Assembly (NCBI GenBank): GCA_963666285.1
Contig: OY762711.1
DNA: 64,000 bases
Source of the DNA: Sedimentisphaerales bacterium
GTDB lineage: Bacteria > Planctomycetota > Phycisphaerae > Sedimentisphaerales > SM23-30
Direction: 5' to 3' (one strand)
A program made the position numbers and the translations under genes. Below the pieces are notes generated by a model that was not told the DNA's origin, did not search any database, and worked only from the letters and a program-made list of their open reading frames with translations. The first letter of the stretch is position 1; each line of letters opens with the position of its first letter. This document shows positions 48,992 through 59,306 of the stretch, one piece after another.

Positions 48992-51640
48992 CTACCTGCT
49001 CTCCAACTCTATCTTGATTTCATTTATCAGATTGATAGCCTGCAGGGGTGTTAAATTGTTAACATCTACATCCTTAAGTTTAAGTAAAAGCGGGTCGGGC
49101 GGCTGGTTATTAAACAGCATCATCTGACCGCTATCCTCAATTTTACCGGCTTTTTTTGCCAATTCCGGGCCATGCGCTTCTTTCACAAACGTACTCTGAA
49201 TTTCCAGCAGAATCTCGTTACTTCTGTCAATGATACCTTTTGGCATCCCTGCAAGCCTTGCAACATGAATACCGTAGCTTTTATCAGTCCTTCCTTTGAT
49301 TATCTTATGAAGAAAGACCACATCCTCTTTCCATTCCCTCACTGCCACATTATAATTCTTGACATTATCATATAAATCGCTCAGCTCTGTTATCTCATGG
49401 TAATGGGTGGCAAAAAGGGTACGGCACTTAATCCTCATCGCTATATACTCTGTAATCGCCCACGCCAGGCTCAATCCATCATATGTGCTTGTGCCGCGAC
49501 CAACTTCATCAAGAATAACTATGGATCTTTCCGTAGCATTATTAATAATATTGGCCGTCTCTACCATTTCTACCATAAAGGTGGATTGCCCGCGGGTAAG
49601 TTCATCACTTGCACCTACCCTGGTAAATATACGGTCGGTCAAACCTATCTGGGCAGTCCGGGCCGGTATAAAGCTGCCGGTATGTGCCAGCAGAACCAGC
49701 AAAGCAGTCTGTCGAATATAAGTACTTTTACCAGCCATATTGGGTCCGGTAATAATACCAACATCACCAAAGCGACCGCCTAACGCCACATTATTAGGCA
49801 CAAACTTACCGCCCAGCTGGACATCAAGAACCGGATGACGACCATCCTTAATCTCCATATCAAGGTCTTCATGAACTTCCGGCCTGCAATAGTTACGACT
49901 GCGAGCTATATAAGCAAAAGCAGTAAGCACGTCTATTTCTGCCACGGTATCTGCTACCTGCTGCAGCCGAAGCGTATGACTGGCAACCTCTCTGCGAAGA
50001 TCATTAAACAGCCTCTCTTCAAGATCCTTGCTTCTCTGCTCTGCTGTCAATGCTTCAGTCTCATACTGCTTGAGCTCATCGGTAATATATCGTTCGGCAT
50101 TTTTCAATGTCTGTTTACGCACGAAATACGCTGGGGCCTGCTCGGCAAGATGCCTGGACAACTCAACATAATAGCCAAATACCTTATTATAGCCCACTTT
50201 CAAATTCTGCAGGCCGGTCTCCTCCATCAGTTTCTTTTGATAATTCGCCAGCCAGGTCTTGCCATCCTTGCAGATACTTCGCAAATGATCGACCTGCTCG
50301 TCATAACCGCTGCGTATTATATTGCCTTCTCGTATGGCTATCCCGGCATCAGGATTGATAGCAGATTCGATCAGATCTGCCAGTTTGTCAAAACTGTCAC
50401 ACTGGTTATTCAGCTCTACCAAAAGCTCACAACAGCAATCCTTCAGCTGTTCACGAATAGAGGGCAGCTGTCGAAGAGCCTGTGCCAGCCCCAGTAAATC
50501 TCTCGGTACAGCCCTGCCGGTACTGATACGCGTACTAATACGCTCAATATCTGTTACATTTTTGAGGATAACCCTTAGCTTATCACGAATATGATCAAAA
50601 TTCACCAGCTCGGTAACTGCCGCCTGACGTCTGTGAATCTCGCCCAGGTTATTCAGCGGATAGCATACCCAGTGCCGCAGTTTTCGGCTGCCCATCGCGG
50701 TTAGCGCCTCATTAATACACCCCAGCAACGAACCGGAAGTACTGTTATCCCTGATTGTTCGTTCTATCTCAAGCGACCGGAGAGTTGTCTGGTCAAGCTG
50801 AAGAAAATTCTCACGCACAACCTTTCTCAACGAACTTAAATGATCCAACGCAATCTTTTGGGTTTCGCCCAGGTAATCAATAATTACTCCTGATGCCGCT
50901 ATCGAACAATCAGGTTCGTCAAAGCCAAAACCTTCTAACGAACCAGACTGAAATATTTCTGTCAGCGATTCATATCCCTGCCGACTGTCAAACGACCACC
51001 CGGGACGCTTTGTCACTACCGTTCCGATAATATCACGCAACTGGTTCCCAAAGTTTTCCGGCAGATCCTCTGATTCGTCAGTAATCAAACACTCAGATGG
51101 ATTAATACGTACCAGTTCATCAACCAGGTAACGCACATCCATCTTCTGGGCAAAAAATTGACCTGTCGAAAGATCTACCCAGGCAAGACCAACTTTTTCG
51201 CTCGACTTTTTTCCTTTACCTTGCTGCTCAAAGCATATCGCCGCCAGGTAATTCTCCTTTGCACCACCCAGCAGATTGTCCTCTGTCAGCGTTCCCGGCG
51301 TTATCAGCCTGACAACATCACGTTTTACCACACCTTTGGCCAGTGCCGGATCTTCTACCTGCTCGCATACCGCAACCTTATGGCCGGCCTTAATCAATCT
51401 GGGCAGATAGCTGTCTATCGCATGGTATGGCAGCCCCGCCAATGGAACTGGATTATCGCTGTTTTTATTTCGGCTGGTTAGAGTGATTCCCAAAACCTGG
51501 GCACAAATCCTGGCATCCTCATAGAAAGTCTCATAGAAATCACCCATACGAAACAGTAATATCGCTTCAGGATACTGCTCCTTGAAGTCAACATACTGCT
51601 TCATTGCCGGAGTTAATTTTGATTTATCTATATTTTCCAT
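48992..51640 (-). CDS. mutS: DNA mismatch repair protein MutS
   Basis: FRMGDFYE, GPNMAGKS, DEVGRGTS, ATHYHE. Confidence 0.98.
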   Translation of the reverse strand: MENIDKSKLTPAMKQYVDFKEQYPEAILLFRMGDFYETFYEDARICAQVLGITLTSRNKNSDNPVPLAGLPYHAIDSYLPRLIKAGHKVAVCEQVEDPALAKGVVKRDVVRLITPGTLTEDNLLGGAKENYLAAICFEQQGKGKKSSEKVGLAWVDLSTGQFFAQKMDVRYLVDELVRINPSECLITDESEDLPENFGNQLRDIIGTVVTKRPGWSFDSRQGYESLTEIFQSGSLEGFGFDEPDCSIAASGVIIDYLGETQKIALDHLSSLRKVVRENFLQLDQTTLRSLEIERTIRDNSTSGSLLGCINEALTAMGSRKLRHWVCYPLNNLGEIHRRQAAVTELVNFDHIRDKLRVILKNVTDIERISTRISTGRAVPRDLLGLAQALRQLPSIREQLKDCCCELLVELNNQCDSFDKLADLIESAINPDAGIAIREGNIIRSGYDEQVDHLRSICKDGKTWLANYQKKLMEETGLQNLKVGYNKVFGYYVELSRHLAEQAPAYFVRKQTLKNAERYITDELKQYETEALTAEQRSKDLEERLFNDLRREVASHTLRLQQVADTVAEIDVLTAFAYIARSRNYCRPEVHEDLDMEIKDGRHPVLDVQLGGKFVPNNVALGGRFGDVGIITGPNMAGKSTYIRQTALLVLLAHTGSFIPARTAQIGLTDRIFTRVGASDELTRGQSTFMVEMVETANIINNATERSIVILDEVGRGTSTYDGLSLAWAITEYIAMRIKCRTLFATHYHEITELSDLYDNVKNYNVAVREWKEDVVFLHKIIKGRTDKSYGIHVARLAGMPKGIIDRSNEILLEIQSTFVKEAHGPELAKKAGKIEDSGQMMLFNNQPPDPLLLKLKDVDVNNLTPLQAINLINEIKIELESR

Positions 51641-51863
51641 ACTTATTAATATAGTCTACTAAATTGCACTTATCATGTAATATGCATTAAATTGTTTTCT
51701 CATAAGGAATTACATAGCATATTAGATTTTCTGCCAAAAATCAACTTCCATTTAGCCAAACGTCCAATAATTAATATCTTAATTTCTCAAAAAATATTTC
51801 ATTCATAAGTTCAATCGAAATAAATATTTAAATATTAATACAAAAACTTTCTCTACAAAATAC

Positions 51864-51892
51864 TTGCAAGCTCTACAACTGTAGAGTATGTT
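51864..51892 (+). promoter_or_regulatory. promoter with a BlaI/CopY-type operator in its spacer
   Basis: TTGCAA-N17-TATGTT; palindrome CTCTACAACTGTAGAG (TACAnnTGTA) at 51871-51886; extra half-site at 51851. Confidence 0.8.
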
Positions 51893-51931
51893 AAATATAG
51901 AAATGATAAACATCCTGAAAGGAATCTTTCA

Positions 51932-52315
51932 ATGAAAAATAAAAAACACGAATTGAGCGATAATGAATGGGCGATCTTAAAGGCCGTCTGGAAATCCGAG
52001 CCATGCACCGCACCTTGCATACAGGAGGCACTTGAGCCGGATAAGGGATGGGCTTACACAACCGTCAAAACAATGATGGATCGAATGGTCAAAAAAGATC
52101 TTCTTTTCGTTGAAAAAATTCGTAATCTGCACCTGTATAAATCCGCTATCACACCGGAGCAGGCTCAAAAGAAAGAAATTCTCCGCACACTCAAAAGAGC
52201 TTTTAACGGAGCTGTCACACCAATGATGCAGTTTCTTATCGAGCATGAAGAAATATCAGAAGAAGAATATCAGCATCTTGGCGAACTGCTTAAACAAAGA
52301 AAATTACAGAAGTAA
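51932..52315 (+). CDS. BlaI/MecI/CopY family repressor
   Basis: LSDNEWAILKAVW...WAYTTVKTMMDRMVKK. Confidence 0.95.
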   Translation: MKNKKHELSDNEWAILKAVWKSEPCTAPCIQEALEPDKGWAYTTVKTMMDRMVKKDLLFVEKIRNLHLYKSAITPEQAQKKEILRTLKRAFNGAVTPMMQFLIEHEEISEEEYQHLGELLKQRKLQK

Positions 52316-52553
52316 AACATACCCCAAAAAATATTGCCGTTTGACCTGGAGCAAAAAACTAAGTTTTCGTACTTTGCTGAATATCAACCGGAATATTTAT
52401 GCAAGTATATTAATGCTGGCTTTCGAAGTTTTAAAATTGCAATAAATGTGTGCCTTTTGATGAATCACCTAAAAGGGCCTTTGCGTATAACGGTGAACAG
52501 CCAAAATGCAATACCGCACATAATCAGACTAGTTTTGATAAGGAGTTTATGTT

Positions 52554-54965
52554 ATGGAAACGGTTATCATAAGCTTAAACGAAATAAGTGACAAACTATT
52601 ATCGTTTATGGGATCTATGCTTCTGCAAAGCAGTATTATAATAATAGTAATAGCTGCCATTGACCTCATACTGAAATCAAAGGTAAAAGCAGTAATTCGC
52701 TATGGCCTTTGGATGCTGATTCTGCTAAAACTGGTTATCCCCCCTGACTTCGCTCTTCCAACCGGTATTGGCTATTGGATGCCGAAAGAAACTCAAAATA
52801 CTGAAACTGCCTCAACTATACAGCAGCCTCTTATGCCTGACCTGGAAAAATTCAAACCTGATACTGAACAGCCGGCATACAATAACCACGAAATTGAATT
52901 TCAACTATTAGCTGAAACTGAAAATATTGCACCGGCCACTGATAATTCACCATCAATTACCCTTAAAAGTGTTATTATTCTTTCCTGGTCATTATTGTTT
53001 ATACTTGGAACTATATTCACATTTAAACGATATAGATACGTCAAAAATATTATAGCTGATTCCCACCCCGCCAAGCCGAAACTTATCAACCTCATGAGAC
53101 AATATAAAAACGAACTAAATATCAATAGAAATATTGATATCAGGATCACTAAAGAATCTCAAAGCCCTTCGGTATGTGGAATTATAAAACCGGTTATACT
53201 GTTTCCTCTTAACCTGTCTGACAAACTTAGCACTATACAGCTTAAAGCTGTTCTTATGCATGAGCTGACACATGTCAAAAGATATGACCTGCTGATAAAT
53301 ACCATACAGGCTATTCTGCAGCTTATATATTTCTTCCATCCGTTACTGTGGTTTGCCAACTCAAGAATTCGCAAGATACGCGAGCAGGTGGTCGATGAAT
53401 CTGTTATGCTCGCTATGGGCCATGAAGCCGAATATTATCCTACAACCCTTCTGGAAATATCAAGGAGTATTATTATGAAACCCGCATTACGTCTGAATAT
53501 GATAGAAGTCGTAGAATCAAAATCATCTTTAATACAAAGAATTAAACGGATTGCTTCCATGCCGCTGCCCAAGAATGCAAGGCTTGGAACGGCCGGACTA
53601 ACCTGTATAATAATAGCCGCAGCTATTCTGCTGCCTATGGCCGGTAACAGCGAAATCGTTAATGCAAAAGATATTGAAACTATTCCGGAATCAGCTGAAA
53701 AATCTGAAGAACAAGCTCAGCACCCTGAAGTCACCTCGACTGAACTTGCTAAGCCTGAAGTAAAAATAACAATAGATGAAAAAACTGAAGTTGAAAATAA
53801 TCTGCAATTGGCTGATGAAACCAGTCCGGCAACACTGACAACAAAACCTGAAACTTCAAGTACAGGACATGCCATGGGCGGCGGTATGATAATGGGCGGA
53901 GCTATGCCGGGCAGTGGTATGGGCGGTGGTATGATGATGGGCGGAGCTATGCCGGGCGGTGGTATGGGCGGTGGTCTGATGATGGGCGGAGCTATGCCGG
54001 GCGGTGGTATGGGCGGTGGTCTGATGGGAGCAGCCCAAACTAATTTTCGGTCAGAAGCTGCAAATTCAAGCGCAACGGCTGATGTCGCTGAGATAATGCC
54101 GATGACCGAACTGCTTGTCCCTCGCCTGCTTGATACCAGGGACCTTATCGAAACTATTCAGCATAATAAACAACAGGAACAATACGACCCAATCATAGTG
54201 GAAATTGACAAAAAAATTCTCGAAAATGAACTGAACCTGCGGGAAGCAACAATAATGAATGACAATATAGCCATCTCTATCGCAAAAGAGAAACTGCAAT
54301 TTCTTAATGAGCAAAAAGAAATAAGGGAAATTAAACAACAACAGCTGCAACAGGAACAGGCTGCTGAATTGGAAAAGCAATATCGTAAAATGACAGAAGC
54401 GGCAAAAGTCAGCCAGGAAAGCCAGAATAAACTGAGAGATATGATGGTTAACAGTCAGAAACGAAAAGTACCGCCAACTCTGACAAGTGACAGTTATATT
54501 ATTACCTGTAGAATCCTGAACGAAACAAAGCTGCAATTAGAATTTGAAGATGTTTCTCTTGAAGAAGCTATAAATCAGATTAGTGATAAGGTTAATGTAA
54601 ATATCCTGGTCTTCTGGAACGAACTCGACTTGACCGGCGTTACCAGGGACGACCTGGTAAGTCTTAAATTTTCTAAAGAAGTATCCGCCGGCAAAGCACT
54701 TGAGCTGGCATTGAAATATGTCACAATCGACCCTTCACGACCTATTGGCTACGACGTGGATGAGGAGGGAAATGTTTTTGTTAAAGAAGTTGGGAAAGAT
54801 CATGATTATGAGTTTCGTACTTATTATATAGGTGATCTTGTCAGGCCAATATATACTCCGAATTATGGCCAGAACCAGGGCAGCAATAACAATAACAATA
54901 ACCGTAACAACACCGGAAACCAAAACAATAGATCCAGGTCATCCGGCGGCATGCGAAGCAGGTAA
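52554..54965 (+). CDS. BlaR1-like M56 peptidase with a non-beta-lactam C-terminal region
   Basis: RYGLW, HELTHVKRYD, FFHPLLW, REQVVD. Confidence 0.9.
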   Translation: METVIISLNEISDKLLSFMGSMLLQSSIIIIVIAAIDLILKSKVKAVIRYGLWMLILLKLVIPPDFALPTGIGYWMPKETQNTETASTIQQPLMPDLEKFKPDTEQPAYNNHEIEFQLLAETENIAPATDNSPSITLKSVIILSWSLLFILGTIFTFKRYRYVKNIIADSHPAKPKLINLMRQYKNELNINRNIDIRITKESQSPSVCGIIKPVILFPLNLSDKLSTIQLKAVLMHELTHVKRYDLLINTIQAILQLIYFFHPLLWFANSRIRKIREQVVDESVMLAMGHEAEYYPTTLLEISRSIIMKPALRLNMIEVVESKSSLIQRIKRIASMPLPKNARLGTAGLTCIIIAAAILLPMAGNSEIVNAKDIETIPESAEKSEEQAQHPEVTSTELAKPEVKITIDEKTEVENNLQLADETSPATLTTKPETSSTGHAMGGGMIMGGAMPGSGMGGGMMMGGAMPGGGMGGGLMMGGAMPGGGMGGGLMGAAQTNFRSEAANSSATADVAEIMPMTELLVPRLLDTRDLIETIQHNKQQEQYDPIIVEIDKKILENELNLREATIMNDNIAISIAKEKLQFLNEQKEIREIKQQQLQQEQAAELEKQYRKMTEAAKVSQESQNKLRDMMVNSQKRKVPPTLTSDSYIITCRILNETKLQLEFEDVSLEEAINQISDKVNVNILVFWNELDLTGVTRDDLVSLKFSKEVSAGKALELALKYVTIDPSRPIGYDVDEEGNVFVKEVGKDHDYEFRTYYIGDLVRPIYTPNYGQNQGSNNNNNNRNNTGNQNNRSRSSGGMRSR
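53874..54029 (+). repeat. 45-bp coding tandem repeat, about 3.5 copies (MGGGMMMGGAMPGGG)
   Basis: units start at 53874, 53919, 53964 and 54009. Confidence 0.95.
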
Positions 54966-55012
54966 TCCGGCTGATTAGTTAACCTCCACTTTTCAAGTGT
55001 TCACCTTTTTTC

Positions 55013-55043
55013 TAAGAGTTCTCTTCGAGAACTCTTATTTTTT
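55013..55043 (+). terminator. intrinsic terminator 1
   Basis: taagagttctc-ttc-gagaactctta then T-tract. Confidence 0.85.
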
Positions 55044-55090
55044 GCCAACAGCATTAGTCTAATAACCTCCACTGCTAAGTGGAATTATGC

Positions 55091-55123
55091 AAGAGCTCTC
55101 TTTAATGGGAGCTCTTCTTTTTT
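55091..55123 (+). terminator. intrinsic terminator 2 (paralogue of terminator 1)
   Basis: aagagctctc...gggagctctt then T-tract. Confidence 0.75.
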
Positions 55124-55223
55124 ACAGCTCCATATTAAACTCAGACTTGAGTTTATCTTCCAAACATTCTATAATAACTGGTTGTAACCTGCCACACAAA
55201 CACACCACACAACTATAACACTA

Positions 55224-56429
55224 ATGAAAAACAACAAATTATATATACTTTTTCTTGGACTTATCGGAGCTATCCCACCACTTGCAACTGACATGTATCT
55301 TGCGTCTATACCTAAAATTGCATCTCAATGGCAAGTTGATGAATCGCTGATTAATCTATCCCTGGTTCTCTGGTTCGCTTCATACAGCATTGCATTGTTA
55401 ATCTGGGGAAGCTTATCCGATCGTTACGGCAGACGCCCCATTCTTATCTACGGTCTCATTGGTTTTATTATTTCATCTGTTATTTGTGCGATTTCCCAGG
55501 GACCGTACCAGCTTATTGGCGCCCGTGTCCTGCAAGGCACTTTTGCCGCTGGAGCTTCATCAATGGTAATGGCAATTGCACGCGATAAGTACCACGGTAA
55601 AGAACGCCAAAGAATACTTGCATGGATCGGTATCATACTTGGTATAACACCCATGGTCGCACCATCAATCGGCGCGACTATCCTTAAATATGCCAGCTGG
55701 AGATTTATCTTTGCCGCCCAGGGCGGCTTGTCTGTCCTGTCCTTCATACTCACACTTGGCATTTATTCTGAAACGGCCACTACCCTGGAAAAGGGAGGAA
55801 TACCCCAGGCATTCAAGCGATATATAAGATTAGCTAAGAATAAAAACTATATGCTTACCAACGGAACAACAGGGCTAATGTCAGCTGCTTTTCTTGGATT
55901 TATTGGATTTTCTCCCTCAGCCTACATAATCCACTTCGGAATGTCAGAACAAAGATTCGGGTTACTTTTCGGTGCTAACGCTCTCTGTTCGATTGCAGGA
56001 GCTGCGGCATGTGTCAGGCTGATAAAAAACTACAGCGAACATAAGTTAATCTGGCTTACCTTTATCGGGTCACTTATTGGCGGTACTGTTATCCTTTTGG
56101 CCGGCAGCACGTTCTGGCTCATATTCACCTTAGGCATGGGGCTGATTTCCTTTTCTTTCGGAATCAGCAGACCGCTTGTCAATCATCTCATCCTCGAACA
56201 GGTCAACCAGGATATTGGAGCCGCTTCATCAGGCATTATCTGCTATCAGTTTATTGCCGGGGCTATCGGTATCGCAATATCAACTCACCAATGGCAAAAA
56301 CCATTTCTTGCCTACGGAATACTTGCTGTTTCCTGCCAGCTTATTATAATAGTAATTTGGCCTTACCTGCTTAAACGCATTAAGCATACAGAAAGCAGCC
56401 CACAATTGGATAACTCTTGCAATGAATGA
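55224..56429 (+). CDS. Bcr/CflA family MFS efflux transporter
   Basis: PLATDMYL, GSLSDRYGRRP. Confidence 0.92.
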   Translation: MKNNKLYILFLGLIGAIPPLATDMYLASIPKIASQWQVDESLINLSLVLWFASYSIALLIWGSLSDRYGRRPILIYGLIGFIISSVICAISQGPYQLIGARVLQGTFAAGASSMVMAIARDKYHGKERQRILAWIGIILGITPMVAPSIGATILKYASWRFIFAAQGGLSVLSFILTLGIYSETATTLEKGGIPQAFKRYIRLAKNKNYMLTNGTTGLMSAAFLGFIGFSPSAYIIHFGMSEQRFGLLFGANALCSIAGAAACVRLIKNYSEHKLIWLTFIGSLIGGTVILLAGSTFWLIFTLGMGLISFSFGISRPLVNHLILEQVNQDIGAASSGIICYQFIAGAIGIAISTHQWQKPFLAYGILAVSCQLIIIVIWPYLLKRIKHTESSPQLDNSCNE

Positions 56430-57432
56430 GACAAATAATAATAAACTCATTACTAAGATCAGGATTCTCTTGCCTGGCATTATTTTATGCTCAATACTGG
56501 CAATTATTGCTTCCTTCATGGGAAAGTACGCTTTCGGGCTCGGGTCAACAACAGTTGCTCTTCTGCTCGGCATTATAGCGGGCAATACGATCAAATACAC
56601 ACCATTACTGCCCGGCATAGAATCGGTTGAAAAGAAACTGCTGCCGTTTGCTATCGCCGTGCTGGGCGTTCAGCTTAACCTGCTGGACCTCCAGGCACTA
56701 GGCAGCAAAGCTATCTTACTCATATTAACCATCGTGCCATTCACAATTATTCTTTCGCTCGCTCTCGGTAAATTTTTCGGCCTTACCAAAAGCCAGTCTA
56801 TTTTACTAGGCAGCGGAAACGCTATCTGCGGTTCCAGTGCAATTGCAGGAGTCAACAAGGTTATAAAAGCGAATCAGGAAGAGGTCGGACTCAGCATTGC
56901 AGCTGTAAACCTGATGGGTACTATTGGCTTATTTACTTTTCCGGTTATTCTTAAATTGATGGATTTCTCCCAGGAACAATCCGGTTTTTCGCTGGGAGGG
57001 AGCCTGCAGGCTGTCGGCCATGCCGTTGCCGCCGGGTTCGGCATGTCAGACGACATAGGTAAAACCGCTATCATTATTAAAATGGGACGCGTGCTTATGC
57101 TTGGCCCGGTTGTCATTATCCTGGGGATAATAAACAGTAAAAATAAAATTCAGAAAGATGATAATATTAAAGTTGCATTACCTGTTCCACTTTTCATAAT
57201 TGGCTTTTTTGCTATGTCACTGCTCTCGACCTTTGTCCTGACCAATGAAAATACGATTTCATCTATTCAGCATATTGGAAAAACTTTGCTGAATATCGCA
57301 ATGGCAGGTATTGGTATGAGGATCGTATTTTCTGCCTTGATAAAACAGGGACCGAAAATTTTATGCGTCGAAATAATTATTGGTGCTATTATGTTTGGCG
57401 CCACTATAGCTTTATCTTCTATTTTATTATAA
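56422..57432 (+). CDS. YeiH/UPF0324 (putative sulfate exporter) membrane protein
   Basis: GNAICGSSAI, KMGRVLML. Confidence 0.88.
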   Translation: MNETNNNKLITKIRILLPGIILCSILAIIASFMGKYAFGLGSTTVALLLGIIAGNTIKYTPLLPGIESVEKKLLPFAIAVLGVQLNLLDLQALGSKAILLILTIVPFTIILSLALGKFFGLTKSQSILLGSGNAICGSSAIAGVNKVIKANQEEVGLSIAAVNLMGTIGLFTFPVILKLMDFSQEQSGFSLGGSLQAVGHAVAAGFGMSDDIGKTAIIIKMGRVLMLGPVVIILGIINSKNKIQKDDNIKVALPVPLFIIGFFAMSLLSTFVLTNENTISSIQHIGKTLLNIAMAGIGMRIVFSALIKQGPKILCVEIIIGAIMFGATIALSSILL

Positions 57433-57442
57433 CTTAACCTGC

Positions 57443-58207
57443 ATGGAACTATCCTGGGAAATATACCTGTTACTTTGGGCTGCCGGACTACTCGGCGGGT
57501 TTGTTGACTCTATCGCCGGCGGCGGAGGGATTATTACCGTTCCGGTACTGCTGGCTGTCGGCATACCGCCGCATGTTGTTCTTGGCACCAACAAGCTGCA
57601 GGCTTCTTTTGGTTCGGTAACCGCTTCCACTCATTATGCTCGCAGCGAACTTGTTGACATACGCAAGACCGTACCAGGTATCGCATTTACCGCTCTTGGC
57701 GCTCTCATTGGCACCTTCACAATCCAGCAAATCGAACCGGAATTTCTCAAACTAATACTGCCGATTCTGCTGGCAGCTATTTTTATCTATGTGCTGCTGT
57801 CACCCCAACAAGGCAAACACGACACCAACCCCATTGCTCATCCGCTGCTGTTCTACCTGGCTGCCGGACTCGGTATTGGTTTTTACGATGGTTTTTTCGG
57901 ACCAGGAACCGGAAATTTCTGGACAATCGCTTTCATTACCCTGCTCGGTTATAATATTAAAAAAGCTACCGCCCACACCAAGATCATGAACGCCGCCAGC
58001 AATCTGGTATCTCTAGCTGCATTCGCATTTAGCGGCTATATAATGATAATACCGGGTATAGTCATGGGCAGCGGCCAGCTGATCGGCTCTTCCATCGGTG
58101 CTCATATGGTGTTAAAAAAAGGAACCGGATTTGTCCGCATATTCTTCCTCTTTGTCGTCGCCGTAACCATCGGCAGACTGATCTATAAAAATTATTTCCC
58201 TGACTAG
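57443..58207 (+). CDS. TSUP/TauE family transporter (YfcA-like)
   Basis: GFVDSIAGGGG, LGTNK, GFYDGFFGPGTG. Confidence 0.92.
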   Translation: MELSWEIYLLLWAAGLLGGFVDSIAGGGGIITVPVLLAVGIPPHVVLGTNKLQASFGSVTASTHYARSELVDIRKTVPGIAFTALGALIGTFTIQQIEPEFLKLILPILLAAIFIYVLLSPQQGKHDTNPIAHPLLFYLAAGLGIGFYDGFFGPGTGNFWTIAFITLLGYNIKKATAHTKIMNAASNLVSLAAFAFSGYIMIIPGIVMGSGQLIGSSIGAHMVLKKGTGFVRIFFLFVVAVTIGRLIYKNYFPD

Positions 58208-58211
58208 ACAT

Positions 58212-58264
58212 AAAAAAAACACCTTGAACAATGATAATGCTATCATCAGAAATCAAGGTGTTTT
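58212..58264. terminator. bidirectional terminator
   Basis: aaaacaccttga...tcaaggtgtttt between convergent genes. Confidence 0.7.
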
Positions 58265-58280
58265 ATGATAATTTGTAATA

Positions 58281-59162
58281 TTAAAACTCAACAACTGACC
58301 ATATCGCGTTATGGTCAGACAAAAACTGATCACCAACCCTGGCCGGGCCTACCTCGCCTGTCTTAACCTCAACATCTTCCGTACAGAAAATAAAATCTAT
58401 CCGATCGGTTAATTTATCACTGTCATAGCAGTTAAATGTTCCTCGCAAACTCTCTTTGGTACCGACTTTCGCCAGAGTATCAACCATACATATATCAGGC
58501 TTTTCTTCGCTCTTGCCGCATATATACTTGATTGGTCCGCTTTCCGGATAACTGTTAAAGTCACCTGTCAAAAATACCGGTTCACCTTTACTGATCTCAG
58601 CTATTTTAGCTGTTATAAGTTTTGCACTTTCATCTTTTGCCTGCTGTGACCGATGGTCAAAGTGAGTATTAAAAAAATAAAACGGCTTAGAACTGGCAAT
58701 ATCAATCAACTTAACCCAGCTGCATATCCGGTTACAGGACGAGTTCCAGCTCCTGCTTCCAGCAACTTCAGGGGTTTTCGACAGCCAGAACGTGCCGCAA
58801 CTGTCCAGGACATATTTCGTTTTGTTATAAAATACCGGGCTGAACTCACCGCGGCATTTACCATCGTCTCTGCCAACACCTGCCATCGAATAGTCGTCCA
58901 GGTTTTGCTGCAGATACTTAACCTGCACCAACTCAGCTTCCTGCATGCCAATCACATCCGGCTTCAGCTCATTCACATATTTCGCCAGGGCCGACTTTCG
59001 ATTATCCCATGAGTTCGCCCCCCTATCCCCACCGGCATAACGAAGATTATAACTGGCCAACTTCAGCTCTGTTTTACTATAATCTTTACCTGTCCCAACT
59101 CCATAACAAACGCCAAATACCAGGAACATAAATACCACAAAAACCATTCTTCGAATGTTCAT
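58281..59162 (-). CDS. secreted endonuclease/exonuclease/phosphatase family protein
   Basis: SYNLR, GMQE, NTHFDH, GDFN, SDH. Confidence 0.92.
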   Translation of the reverse strand: MNIRRMVFVVFMFLVFGVCYGVGTGKDYSKTELKLASYNLRYAGGDRGANSWDNRKSALAKYVNELKPDVIGMQEAELVQVKYLQQNLDDYSMAGVGRDDGKCRGEFSPVFYNKTKYVLDSCGTFWLSKTPEVAGSRSWNSSCNRICSWVKLIDIASSKPFYFFNTHFDHRSQQAKDESAKLITAKIAEISKGEPVFLTGDFNSYPESGPIKYICGKSEEKPDICMVDTLAKVGTKESLRGTFNCYDSDKLTDRIDFIFCTEDVEVKTGEVGPARVGDQFLSDHNAIWSVVEF

Positions 59163-59193
59163 TGCCTAAACCTCTTTTTTTATTAAATATGTT

Positions 59194-59220
59194 AAAAAAA
59201 GGCGGCCATACAACCGCCTT
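59194..59220 (-). terminator. terminator after phosphomannomutase
   Basis: aaggcgg...ccgcctt with an A-tract. Confidence 0.65.
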
Positions 59221-59306
59221 GAAAATTTAAAACTTTCGCAAAGATTTAAATAAACTTCGCATCAACACCAGAATTTATCACTTAATTTAAATGCCTTGCG
59301 GCTATA

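Noticed and set aside
52334..52591. 85-aa ORF between blaI and the M56 gene
   Set aside because: No RBS or family features; probably non-coding.
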